From Laetmonice hystrix (taxonomy: Eukaryota): a stretch of DNA of 64,000 nt. A program made the position numbers and the translations under genes. The stretch covers positions 20,460,001 to 20,524,000 of the forward strand of contig OZ249448.1 in NCBI GenBank assembly GCA_965235115.1. The letters are read 5' to 3'. This document shows, one piece after another, positions 1 to 12,400 of the stretch (position 1 is the stretch's first letter; every line of letters begins with the position of its first letter). The notes under the pieces were generated by a model. That model searched no databases. It had not been told where the DNA came from and saw only the letters and a list, made by a program, of their open reading frames with translations.

Positions 1-409
1 TGGCGACCTGCTGTATGACCTTGAATGGGATCTCTTCCTTGACTTGGAATGGGAATATGACCTTGACCTTGAGCGGCTGTAGCTGCGGGAGTAGCGTTTG
101 CGAGGTGGTGTTCTTGAGTGACTGCGGGAATGGCGCGAGGTCGGACGTCGCCGTGGGCTGTGAGACTTACTGCGAGACCGTAAACGACGTGGAGGCGAGT
201 AGCTTAATGAGCGACTCCTTGAATGAGCACGGCGCCGTACTGGGGACACACTAGGAGATCGCTTGGAACGTGGACTGGGAGCCGGGGCTTTATTCTGTCC
301 ATTGTGCTGTCCTGGGGAGCGATTTGTACTTGTGACTGGAGCTGTGGCGACATCTGGTGAGGGATGAGATTTCTGTGACCTTGTTGACCTCTGCGACCCT
401 CGCACAGAC
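1..409 (-). CDS. SRRM2: RS-rich distal coding exon of SRRM2 (alternative C-terminal extension), truncated by window edge
   Basis: Acceptor ccacttgtag|G at 410/409. It is open in the SRRM2 frame to position 1: ...RAHSRSRSLSYSPPRRLRSRSKSHSPRRR...RSYSRSRSRSYSHSKSRKRSHSRSYSRSP. Confidence 0.85.
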
Positions 410-3400
410 CTACAAGTGGAACACCAAGTCTGAGCTACAATTTCTAGTCAATTCACAAGTTTAGCTTTCCCTACTTCCTATAAACCCTGCCAAAGTATGT
501 TACACTGCGACGGAGAGTTACAAAATGTTCCCTGGAGAAGCACCTCACTCACCGCGTCTCGAAAATCAACCACCCCAAGGGTGTTAGTGGTAACCCCAGA
601 TGGGGTGTGAACCCTACACATACCCCGGAGACCATGGCTATCCCATGGTCCCGACAAATGTTACATTCTAGTATTATAACCTCCAACCCAACTCTAAACT
701 ACCAACTCTACCTGATGTCTCCATCTTCCTGACCAGCCTAGATCTATAGGCATTCCATCTCGAGACCAAAATATGACAAAGCTCTGCTTACAAATAACGA
801 ACAAAATTGTAATAGCTGTTACCCAATGTAAGATATTCATGATGCTAGGCAGACCAGACCTAAAAGGGTTGGTAGCAACGGTCAACCATAACAAAGGTCA
901 AATAGCTAGGTTGTTGTTGTTTTAAGTGATTCAGTACACACAGTTTATGCGACAAGACTAAGGTGACCTTACCATGTTGTACTAACGTTTCCAGCCTGAA
1001 ATGCTAGGAAAACAAAGAAACCATCAATGGCTATGTCTGCTGGGTGAACCAGCGGGCGCGCCCTGTTTGGGGGGTTCTGGGCCCCCCCCCCCCCGCCATA
1101 CAGGGGGTGACATCGACATTACAGGTTTTTTAATTCAACTTCAACCCCTCTTTTTGTACTGTTAAAAAAATCTCTTTTTGTATTGGATGGTTGGTGGTCA
1201 GTACTACATCAGCCTTTGTTGTGTGCAGTTAGTACAAACAAAGTACATGAACTTGAAGGGAATGTTGAACACAGCCAAGGTCTAGGGACAATGTAAGTAG
1301 GCGGTAACTGTACAACCTTATATGTTAACATGAGCCACTCACAATCAACCCCTCTTAAAACTTACACCACAACTTTCTGTTACACCCATTTTTATTTAAC
1401 TTACCATTACTCAAAGGTTTGCTCATTCCATGCTCGTAGTTTTTGACAAAAATTGCAAATTATCCAAGATAAAAAATTGTAATTCCAGACCTTAATTAAT
1501 GAGCTGCCAATATATAATATATGTACCGCTAGATGGAATTTTGTTGGATTTATTTGGGTAAGTTTAGAAACACCTGTACAATTGCTCGCGATGACAAAAA
1601 GTTATTATACACATTCTTCCAATTCACACAGTTTAATAGCGAGCTTTTTAAGACAGCCAAGGAAATTCGGCAGAGAGAGCAGTTTATAATGAAGTTTTCT
1701 ATGATGCATGCTTTAGTGGTGGTTCTACTGAATCTTGAACCTGGCCAAAGCATGCAAGCTCTACACAAGATCCTAGTCACCCTTGTGGCAATTATTCTAT
1801 TTTTTTGAGAATGACAATGTCTGTTAGATCATCCACCTTGGTCTTAGGACATTTTGATATTTCTCCCAAAAGCCATCACAAAGTCATTACAGCAGACATG
1901 ACTGTTCAAACAACAGGTAGTTGTATTTTCTCATCAAGTCACCTGAACATGGCCAAAATAAAAGATATCAAAATAACAAGGAATTCCTTTGTCTATGACC
2001 CCATCTACATCATAATCCCACTAAAAAGAACCTCTCCGACATTTAGAAGTTCTGACATGGCCTTAGAGTGGCACTAAAACTTCAGTGCCACAGAAAACAA
2101 GAAAAAATACAAGTTAAAGGGAGGGAAAACCCACACGGCAAATAAGGTTTCGTAGACCAAATGAAACACCAGGATTTACCTCAGGGCAATAAATGCCACA
2201 ATTACGTTGTCTGAATGAAGTAATTAATGTGTAACCGCCCGATGTATGACGCCGCTGGTTCTTACCTTGACCTGCTTGTGTGTTCATCAGAGCCGAATGC
2301 TGCACACCACGGCATATTGCGCAACATTACGTGTTACTCTGCTCGCAGACCTTGTCTACACGATACTTGGAGTCCCAACGTTTGTAAACGTCCGAGGTGA
2401 TGAACACGCAAGCAGGGCAAGGTAAAAACCAGCGGCGGACGGTTACACGTTAATTACTTCATTCAGACAACGTAATAATGGTATTTATTGCCCTGACGTA
2501 AATGCTGGTGTTTCATTTGGTCTATGAAACCTTATTTGCCGTGTGGGTTTCCCTCCCTTTAAGTCAGGTGAGTCAGGAGTTAACTAAGTAAAGAGGGCCC
2601 AGGTACTGGCAACCTTAGACAAGCCTTACCTTTTACTACCTGAAACACAAACATACGTGTTGCCAGATACTGGTAGGGTTAGCTAGTGGGTAGGGGGCAT
2701 GCAAGCCTTCGCGTACATCATATCATTGATAGGTGTAAGACTGAAGTACAAAACCACCAACGACCTGATAATCATGATTTGGGGGGGGGGGGGGGGGGGC
2801 TGTCCCCCAGCGGACTGGAGGTGGCCATATTGTATTTACAGTAGCTGATGTCGCCCCCTGTCTCATTTTCCTACTGGGGTCGCTCGGTCTAAACTACAGG
2901 TTAAATAAAGAGTGTGCTGGGGACCTTTTGTATGACAACTGTTAGCACTGAGGTTCATAAACACCTACTGACAACTGGACAGATACTGATACAAATCAAG
3001 AACAAAAATATACATATAAGATCAGGGACAAGACTTACGTTTTATTTCAGAAAGTATCAACGTTATGTGATCTTTTTTTTTTTAAACAAACTGTGCGACA
3101 TTACAGGCTCAGAAACCCTTGTATTTTTATGACAGAAAACATTTATTTAGTTGCGTCCTATCACTTCCTCTCACAAGGTATACAAGTATCAGAACCATGC
3201 ACGCATGTGTTACATCAACAGAGTGGTTAGTGGTACTACTCATCAAAAGGGGAAAAAAACCCTCTAGTTTTAGAACTGTTTTCTAATCTCCCCAAACCGA
3301 GTTAGATTAGCAGATGTATTAGCAGAACAGTAAAAATCACTTATATAACAGAACGTGATCGTGAGAGATAAATAATCAATAACATTAACATTAACAGGAA

Positions 3401-6400
3401 TCAAGTATTATTTGGAGCCTATAGCCAAAAACTATACTGGTCTTTAGGATAATTGCTGTACTGGTTTTGATTCAAGTTTAGGCTAAAGTGCTATACAGCA
3501 CATGTAATTCCAAGAAAAATTTGATTTACTTCAGATCCACTGAGAAAATAAATACTAAAAATAACGATGAACCAAACAAGGCCAAACATTAGTTAGCTTA
3601 ATTAAATAAATAACAAAAAATTAAAAAAAAAACAAATTAATAAACAGCTATTTGTAAAACCTTGCACATTAAAGCACAAATAGTGGGATTGATGAGGATC
3701 AGTAAGAGGATGCAGATTCCCTGATAAATGTGTAACAACTGGAGAGACCACTGTCCCAGAGACTATAACCTCTTGGTGGACACTCCACAGGACGTGCCTC
3801 AAGCAATAACGAATGAAGAATGCGGTCACAAGTCAAAAAGGACTTTTTATTGGTGGTTATTGCTGGACAAGGACCAAATACAGCCAAACAAAAAACCGAC
3901 CAGTTTTTTTGTTGACGTATTTTATCGTCCATAGATTTCAAGTTTAGATGTGCCATTTAGTATGTAAAACAAAATTGATACTAAGTACTGGCATAACTAT
4001 AAACAGTCAGTTTGTGAGTAAACCATTTAGTGGTGGAAATGATGATCATATGGTGTCAGTTTCTATGTCAATGAGCAGAGATTGGAATTGTTGAGAGAAC
4101 AATCGTTTCTAACTTGAGGCAGGTCGCCTATTCCATACTGCCCTACTGCCTGGATAGTGTCGAGTGTAACTTACCGTGGTGGTGATGGCGATGGTGTGTC
4201 ATGTCTCGGTGCTGGTCGAATCACTGGTGAGACATCCCGTCTACAATTACAAACCAAACCCTGTCAGAATATTTAATCCATTCCTATCATCAGGTCAAAT
4301 TTTACTGTTACCAATACATGTACCACTTTCTAAGCCTAGGATCCTGATTAGTAGTTTTGAGGAGCAAATGTGTTCCCATGCCTTATTCACACATCAATTG
4401 GGTCGATTTCTTAATATTATTTTGGTAGTGGTTTTTGGTCAAACCTAGTGCTTGAATCTAGTGCTATCACCATGGGTCCTAACCTTGTTTTAGATGGAGA
4501 TCTGCTGGCTGAAGAGCTTCTTGACCTTGACCTTTGGGATGGCCTTGACCTTGGCGAGTCTACCGGTGGCTTTCTCCCATGATGGGCAGGACTGGATGCG
4601 GCATGCTTTCCTCCATTCTGAGGCGACTTTGACTTGGATTTGACCTTGGGTGAAGGACTTGGGGACCGCTCAGAGGAGGATGCTGCCTTTCGCTTCTTTG
4701 CCACGTTTTCTTTATTCTTGACTTTCTTCAACTCTGGCACAGGGCTCACAGAACTGAAATTTTACAATCATTCATTCTTCAATTAGTATCCCAGTACTGA
4801 GTAGGTGAACACCGACTTTCTTTCAAATGATTTCTTTCTATGACATATCCCCAAGGAGAATGGAAGTGAAGAGTGCTGCCACCTACCTGTCAGAGTCAGA
4901 ACTACTCTCATTGTCTGCCGAGCTGGAGCTGGAGGACGGACTGTGGTGCTTGCGTTTCTTCTTGCTGGCTTTGTCCTTGACTTTCTCACGCTCCGGCGAT
5001 GCACTTGGTGACCTGGAGAAGCAACAAACCATGAGCCTCCGCTCCAACACTGCACTGACACCAAGCACAACTTTAGACCTGAGCAGACAGTGTTCTCAGT
5101 CGCAGCCAATCCCAGCAGTTGTTACAAACCATTCTCGGTCTCTAGCAACCAATCAGAGGTCGTAGCTGTTCGTTCAAGTCATTCTAATCAACCCTCAATC
5201 TAGTATCACTTCAGTTTAAAGAAAGGCTTCCAGTTACTTTGAAATACTCCTCTCAACAGATCAGCCTGGAGAACACCGTCCATCGAGCCAGTGCATAACA
5301 AACACCCTAGATGATGCTCAAGGCAGAGGACACTTAGGTGTGAAATGTGAGGCAAACAGAAACGAACAATAAAAGCTAGTTGATCCCTGAACCCCCGCCG
5401 ACCCTGAGGGTCAAACGACCCCCCTGGCTCGGATTATTCACCTGGGGTCTCAGTACCCGCGACTCTTCACAAACAAACCCACTCCTTTACCCAATGGACT
5501 CCTTTACTGCCAACACCCTTTTCATGTGTGCCCCAAGGACATTGGGGATCTTATGACAGAAAAACAACAGGCAAGGAGCTAGATAGTGTACAACACAAAA
5601 GGCAGCAAAACTGCAAACAAACATGCCCGGGAAAGGTGTGAATCGAGCTGATAATACACGACAGTTAGTACTACAGACGATCAGGACCCGCAATCAACCC
5701 GTTCAAACGTCAATCCATCTAACTGATCGTTGATTTCAAATAAACAGAGGCCATCTTTGGCCACTTACATTGTATTGTATGTATATAGGCAGAAATGGCT
5801 TTGTCATCCATGTTACAGAGTAAAACATCTAATGGATGAAAAAAAAACTACACGAGACACATGCTCTATCAATATACTGATATATATATATATATATATA
5901 CAGATGTACATGTATGTTATAGCAATGGACATCCGACTGAGTGTCCCAACAAATAAAGTGCAACAGGGCGGGCGCCTTCCTCACCGGTCTCATAGCACAT
6001 CATCACAGCAGCTACGCATTAAAAAGAGAAGGCAAATTGGACAGCATTAGATAGCACAACTGGCACCTGTCCCTGCGACCAACGACCCCTACCGTCAGCG
6101 ACCCCTAGCGAACAGTCCCACAACCACTGTCTCCATCCCGCTATTGTCAGACTTAGCCAGCAGTTGTACGGGCAAACCCCCTCCACGCCTGCCTCTCCAC
6201 CACACCCTACCACTCTTTGTTTCCCCCATACAATTAGCTTTCTTTGCCTTCCAACCGGTTCCAACACAATCTTATATTACTGGGGAACATTTAGTTATTG
6301 TCCTTTGTTGTAAGTGATTACAGAAAAATCTATTATTTTATTTTAAAACTAGTCTTCTTTGCTCTGATCTTTTCTATTAATTGAAGTGTTCCCAGATTGA

Positions 6401-9400
6401 GTTAGTTAGATATCGTTTTTATTGACTTGCCTTCAACTTGTGGTGTTTATGGGGGTAGCAGAGATTCTAAGATTAAAGTTACTTCTTATTACATCAGATT
6501 ACATCTCAACATTACCAGATGTCCGAGCTTTCCCCGCGTGGTGGGAAGTATTGGTCATGTAGGATCTGTACAAAGGTTTTCTTACTATAAATTGTGAGTG
6601 CAGTAAAGTAACTTCATCTGGTTTGTTACCTGCCAAATCCCCATACAAAACTCCAAGCTGCCATGCATACAGGACTGGCTCCTAATGCCATAACATAACT
6701 TGTATGCAGACGTAAATATATATATTGTCATATATATTCACAAATTAATGTAGCACTTGGAAAGCACATCTCTGGTTTAACTCATGTATGCATTACTAAA
6801 AGTACTTGTTCATGTGTGCAAATTCCTGGTGTGAATCACTTGGAATCCCAGTATACGACACGTATACTGGGCAACAAAACAGAATTTGTCATGGCCTCCA
6901 CAACCCAAGCCCAATTTTCCCGCCATTTCAAGAAGAACTTTAGACAAATTCTACAAAAACAACATCTGATTGAGGTCTGTTTATCGGTACAGTTTTTATA
7001 ATCCTCACACGAAACCAACTCCATGAACAGATGAGCTTTTCAAGCTCGGTTGAGTGAATACGGATTCCAAATGAAATATCTATGTTCCTTTTAGGACCGA
7101 CTTTTCTTACTTTTAGTAAAATCTTAAAATATATTCGTATCATCCCGTACATAAGTCCCAGAGCTGCACTTTTCAAAATCTAATGAAAACAAAAGTACTA
7201 TATACAGAAACCAAGTGGAGGTGGAGGTCTGGAGGGGGCTAAAATGACCTCCGTGATGGTAAAATCTATTACCAGGTTCTAAATCTTCACTCCTAAAATA
7301 ATACGTAAGGGTCAAAGAGACAGCCTCATCTTCATCAAACAAACCACACTTTTCAAAAAGATTAACTTCTACTGGCTTAATTAGTTGGAGCATAACTTGA
7401 AATCCAATACATACTAAAATACTGCCTCTGCTACAGCCACGTTATACCAGTAAAGCAACACAAAGTACGAAAATAATTCAAAAGTGCAGTACGTACAATG
7501 AACCATCACATGTTGGAATATCCACCGCTAGATAATGTCACACAGGTAAATCGTCCACAAAAACAAAACCCGGAACTGGTTGTTTCTACCACTTGTAGTA
7601 TTATTAGAGACGATGTCTTGATGATACAACTGACAACAGAAGTATCGGATTTACACTGTCGAGTTTTGCCATGATTATTGATTGAGTACTGGTCACCATT
7701 TCTTTGGCGAGTTTTGTCTGGGCCCCCTGTATTCTCAGCCGGATATCAACATGTCATTTGGTGTTCAATGGTGAACGATTCTCCCCACAAATTAACACAA
7801 CAGTAAGAAACCAAGCAACTTTTCAAATGCTAGGAACATTCGGACATGCTAATAATCGACGGAATACGTAAAAAAAAAATCGGTGTAGATCTAGGCTCAA
7901 GCAGAGACATGAGGTCAGTTCAACCTGCAACTAGGAAAGTGGTGTGAGCTGGTCCATTTCCAGCCTGTTTAGGGGTCATTAACTGTAACGTCTGTAGCAT
8001 ATCCCGTGTGTCTTGACCAATAGTATATAACCAGCAACATGTTATAGTTTGTCAACCTGCGTCACAGATGGGCGCCACCTTGAGTTTGGGCGGGAACACA
8101 ATGTCACTTACGTCGGCCGTCCTCCTCCCCGGGGTTGTGATGGTAAAGGTCAAACAGATTCTGTTAGAGACGGTGATGTAGTCCAGTTGAATCCCATCCC
8201 GCCCTGCCCTGCCCGACCAGCCCCGCCCAGGTAATAATTACGGCCGCCAATACCACTATATCTCCTCACCTACCGTCCCAATTATCATCCCCGACTCAAA
8301 ACTCCCAATGATCCTTGATTGTCATTCAAATTTTACATACAAGAGTCCTGCATCAGCATGTGTGATTGTTTGGTATTATAATCTCCCACAGCGAATGCCC
8401 ATTTCTGAGATAAATCTTAGGATAAAAATATTCTCAACCCTTTTGTTTTTTGCCCCTTTGTTCTAAGTGACAGGATATCTGCCATCAGGACCCCAGAACG
8501 GTTGGTCGGCCTGCCGCCAGAGTTCCCCAATTGGTCAGTTGCGGTACAAAATTAGAATCCCCTTTCAACGCTTTGTTTCATACCTTTTATGCTGCTTCTT
8601 GTTCTTCTTGCTCTTCTTCTTCCTAGCAGGCGACTCAGACCTGAAAGATCCAAAGTAGGGAGATATTTAACATTTTGGGCGGGAATGTTGAGGAGTTTGG
8701 TGCATGCAGTGGTCATGTGGGACTAGTCACTGACCCTTCACTAGAACACACCGAGTCCACCCGACCAGTATCAACCTAAGTGTGTGAAAACAAAGGTGGC
8801 TGAGCAACACTGTCCCTGCATGGGCTGAGCAACACTGTCCCTGCATGGGCTGAGCAACACTGCCCCTGCATGGGCTGAGCAACACTGTCCCTGCATGGGC
8901 TGAGCAACACTGTCCCTGCATGGGCTGAGCAACACTGTCCCTGCATGGGCTGAGCACACTGCCCCTGCATGGGCTGAGCAACACTGTCCCTGCATGGGCT
9001 GAGCAACACTGTCCCTGCATGGGCTGAGCAACACTGCCCCTGCATGGGCTGAGCAACACTCTCCCTGCATAGGCTGAGCAACAGTCCTTGCATGGACGGA
9101 GCAACAGTCCCTGCATAGCTTAGCCTCCATTATACCTGATCCCCTTTTAAATTACTTTCAACTCCGACCTTTGTTAAATCCCCTCAACCCCATTTGTTAA
9201 GACATTTCAATTAGAAACTACACGCCATTAAGGCCCCCTACAACGGGCCCAAACTGATCAAATATAACGTTAATACTAAACCTTTCTTGACAGACAAAAT
9301 CGCGCCGTCGATTGTTACAAAATATGAAAATTTACCATTATTACTTTCTTGTGGCGAATTTAAAAGATACCAGTTTAAAAATACTTGCAAAAATACAACT

Positions 9401-12400
9401 GAATTGACATTATCAAAGCATTAGAGTATGTTTTGTCGTCCGAAACTAGTATGTACTTGTTGCGACAATCTGTTAATTAATCAGTTTAGTTCTAAGTTAA
9501 CATCAAACTGAACGTATGCCAACATGCAGGACAGTGTTGCTCTCAAATCAACACGGTAAGTATGTAATACTTAACGTATCAGTTACAGCAACTAAAGAGC
9601 AACTAAATGTTGCTATAAGAAACGCTGTTTGAGAAAGAAACAAAACCGTGATTACCCGAGCTCTCCTACCCCTTACCTGAGTCAGTCTTTGCAATGTCAG
9701 GGAAGGCAAAAAAAATCTGAGTACCTTTTACCCGTGGCAAAATCAACAGGACATGTTAGTGCAAGATCATCAAGACATTCAGTAAACAGTGTCAACGAAG
9801 AACGGGACGGTTTAGGCATACGGATTGAGATCATCTACACCGAAACATGTAGGAGACACTAAGGGGGCTGGTCTTCTTATTGGCTTGTCTATCAAAGTAT
9901 AATAGAACAACTTGCACGGAAACAACTCTACATATAGAATACATACACGTAGATATATATATGTGGCGGTGGCTTTTCTGCCAAACCCTATCAGTACTGC
10001 CACCAATGTCTGCCGCTTGAGGTGAACTGTTAACGAAGTGAACGTAGTTTGTGTTTGGGGTTTAGATGTCTGTACAAAGTTTGTCGACTAGCAACATGCA
10101 CAAGAACATAACCACAAGAATTGAAAGGTGAGGGAAGATGGCACAGGGCTGTGAAAGTCTAGAGGTTCAAAACTCCAGGAGGAGGAGAAAGGAAGGCAGC
10201 AATGTTAGGCATTCAGGCTACAAAACCAATACAACAGATTACCTTAAGAAACTGCCTGTGAAAAAAGGACAACATATTGCGGCTGACGTAACAAGTCACA
10301 GTCCGCTTGAGGAATAATTAGAGGGGCGAGTTTTGTATGTCGGGGCGGACTATGGCCTGGGTAACCAGGGGCAAAGTGGCCAATCTTGTCACAAGTAGGC
10401 TCACGTCATCTCTTTAAAGCACACACAAAAATAGTTTCTATGAACAAAAACTTTTAAAATCTAACAATGATGTACATAATATATATATATATGAATGATA
10501 TGTATATGTATTTGGCAAGCTAACACCCAAATCCCAAAATTTCACCTCCTGTTATCCTTTGTTTGAGGGAAAGAAAGAAAGAAGTGCATATATTTAGGTC
10601 TAAGACTGGACCATACACATAAACTTAGAAATCATCTTGCGACATTTCCTAGATGGCATTCTCCAAGTAAATTATTTAAAGTTATATGAGTTTTTTTTTT
10701 CTCTTCTAAAATCATACTATATAGTGTGCATTTCAAAAGATTTTTCAATACTAGTGATGTAATTTGCCTCTTAAAATAACCTTATAAATCTACCCACTTA
10801 TTGTTACCACACAGACTACACATTTCTTCACGGCAACCTTCTACCCTTTAACATTAAAATGAAAGACAAAATTTTGACCAGGCTAATAACCAGAAAATCA
10901 GTCCTAAAAATCACACGAACTAAAATCTTTCTGTAGCAGAGTTAGTTGCCCACATTCGTATCTTTCAATCCACTGCCCCCGAAATTTAAGAAAGCTAGTT
11001 CGATGTGAACTACCGACACATTATAATGACAAAGGTTGCGTAAATTGAAAGGTGGCACGGTTGTGCGCGTTCCTCCACCCAAGCCGCACGAAGCAGCGTC
11101 TCCTGGCGTTGCCGTCTGACAAGTCAATACAAGCGGTGACTGTGGAGGCGGTAAACACGTTGTGCTCACCGACTCTCTGGGGACAAACACTGGGTAGAGG
11201 GATGATGGGTGGGAGGATTACAACTACAGCACATCAAGGTCAACTGAAGCCAAACCGAACCCACCACCTAACTACAGCCTAAATCAAACGGCTAACGGTA
11301 TACAACCAATGGAGGTAGAGGGCTGGCCCTGGAACGGGGGGGGGGGGGGGTTCAACCGAGCCAGGTCGAACCTCGTATTATCATAGAATCTGTAAAACAT
11401 AGTATGGTGTTTCCTACTAACCGTACCAAATAAACTACCTGTCTAAATTACAAAGAAATACACAACATAGAGCAAACATAGTGAGACTGAATCATGGTAT
11501 ACTGGTGGGGTGTGAAAGCATGCAACCCAAGCGGTGCAGAGGACATCCTTGGTTCCCATACCTGTCTTAGTCAACCTTTCCACCTGCCGCTCCATACAAT
11601 CACTATTTTACACAACTCTACTTCATCCCATCCAGAGGTATATTTTAGTTTTACTTTCACCTCATTCTAGAACTATGGGATGATTTTTTGTGGTCAGCGG
11701 TAGGTTTTCTTTTGAAATGTTTTGTGTTTTGTCAGTGTATTTGGCTCCTGGTTGGTGACCATGAGGTTCAAACACGTGGACAGGTAGAGACCGGTGGGAG
11801 GTGTAGGTTCACACAGGTGTGAGATCCAGGTGCTGTGGGGGGGGGGGGGTGCGGCCCGGGACAGGTGTGGGTTGGAGTGGGGGTCTGTCAGGGCCCCGGA
11901 GACCGGCCAGTCATGGTCCGGCCGGTGACCACACTCACCACGTCTGGACAATACACATGCAAACCCTGCACCGTGGTTCCCAAACACCCGCACACCGACC
12001 TACACATCGAGACTCACTCAATCACACAGGCACTCTCAACCGATTCCTAACTCTCTCTCTCTCAACCAGCCACCCACACAAGGTTACATTACTGGGCCGT
12101 CGGGTTCACTAAGTCCATGTTTGTGCCATGTTTGTGCATCTGATCATGTGTGGGCAATGGATAATCAGCTGACAAAGAACAAGTTATAAAACGGGCAAAT
12201 CCCGGTTTCAATCAGGGTTACTTGTGGCAAACAACAATAACAACATCAAGAACAACCCAACCATAGAAAAGGTTAATACCAATCCCCGATCTCACCCCCT
12301 TCCGTCATCCGCTGTTTACTTTTAATTCTGCCTTCCAAAGAAGCAGGTTTTCAAAACAGATCTGTCTACAAACGCAGATCCCTGTCAAAAGTTTCCTAAA

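Noticed and set aside
4035-4120. ATGATGA box-C-like motif suggesting an intronic snoRNA
   Set aside because: No properly placed CTGA box D or terminal stem.
8727-9130. Cys-rich ORFs in three frames
   Set aside because: Artefacts of the 25-bp repeat. The period is not a multiple of three.
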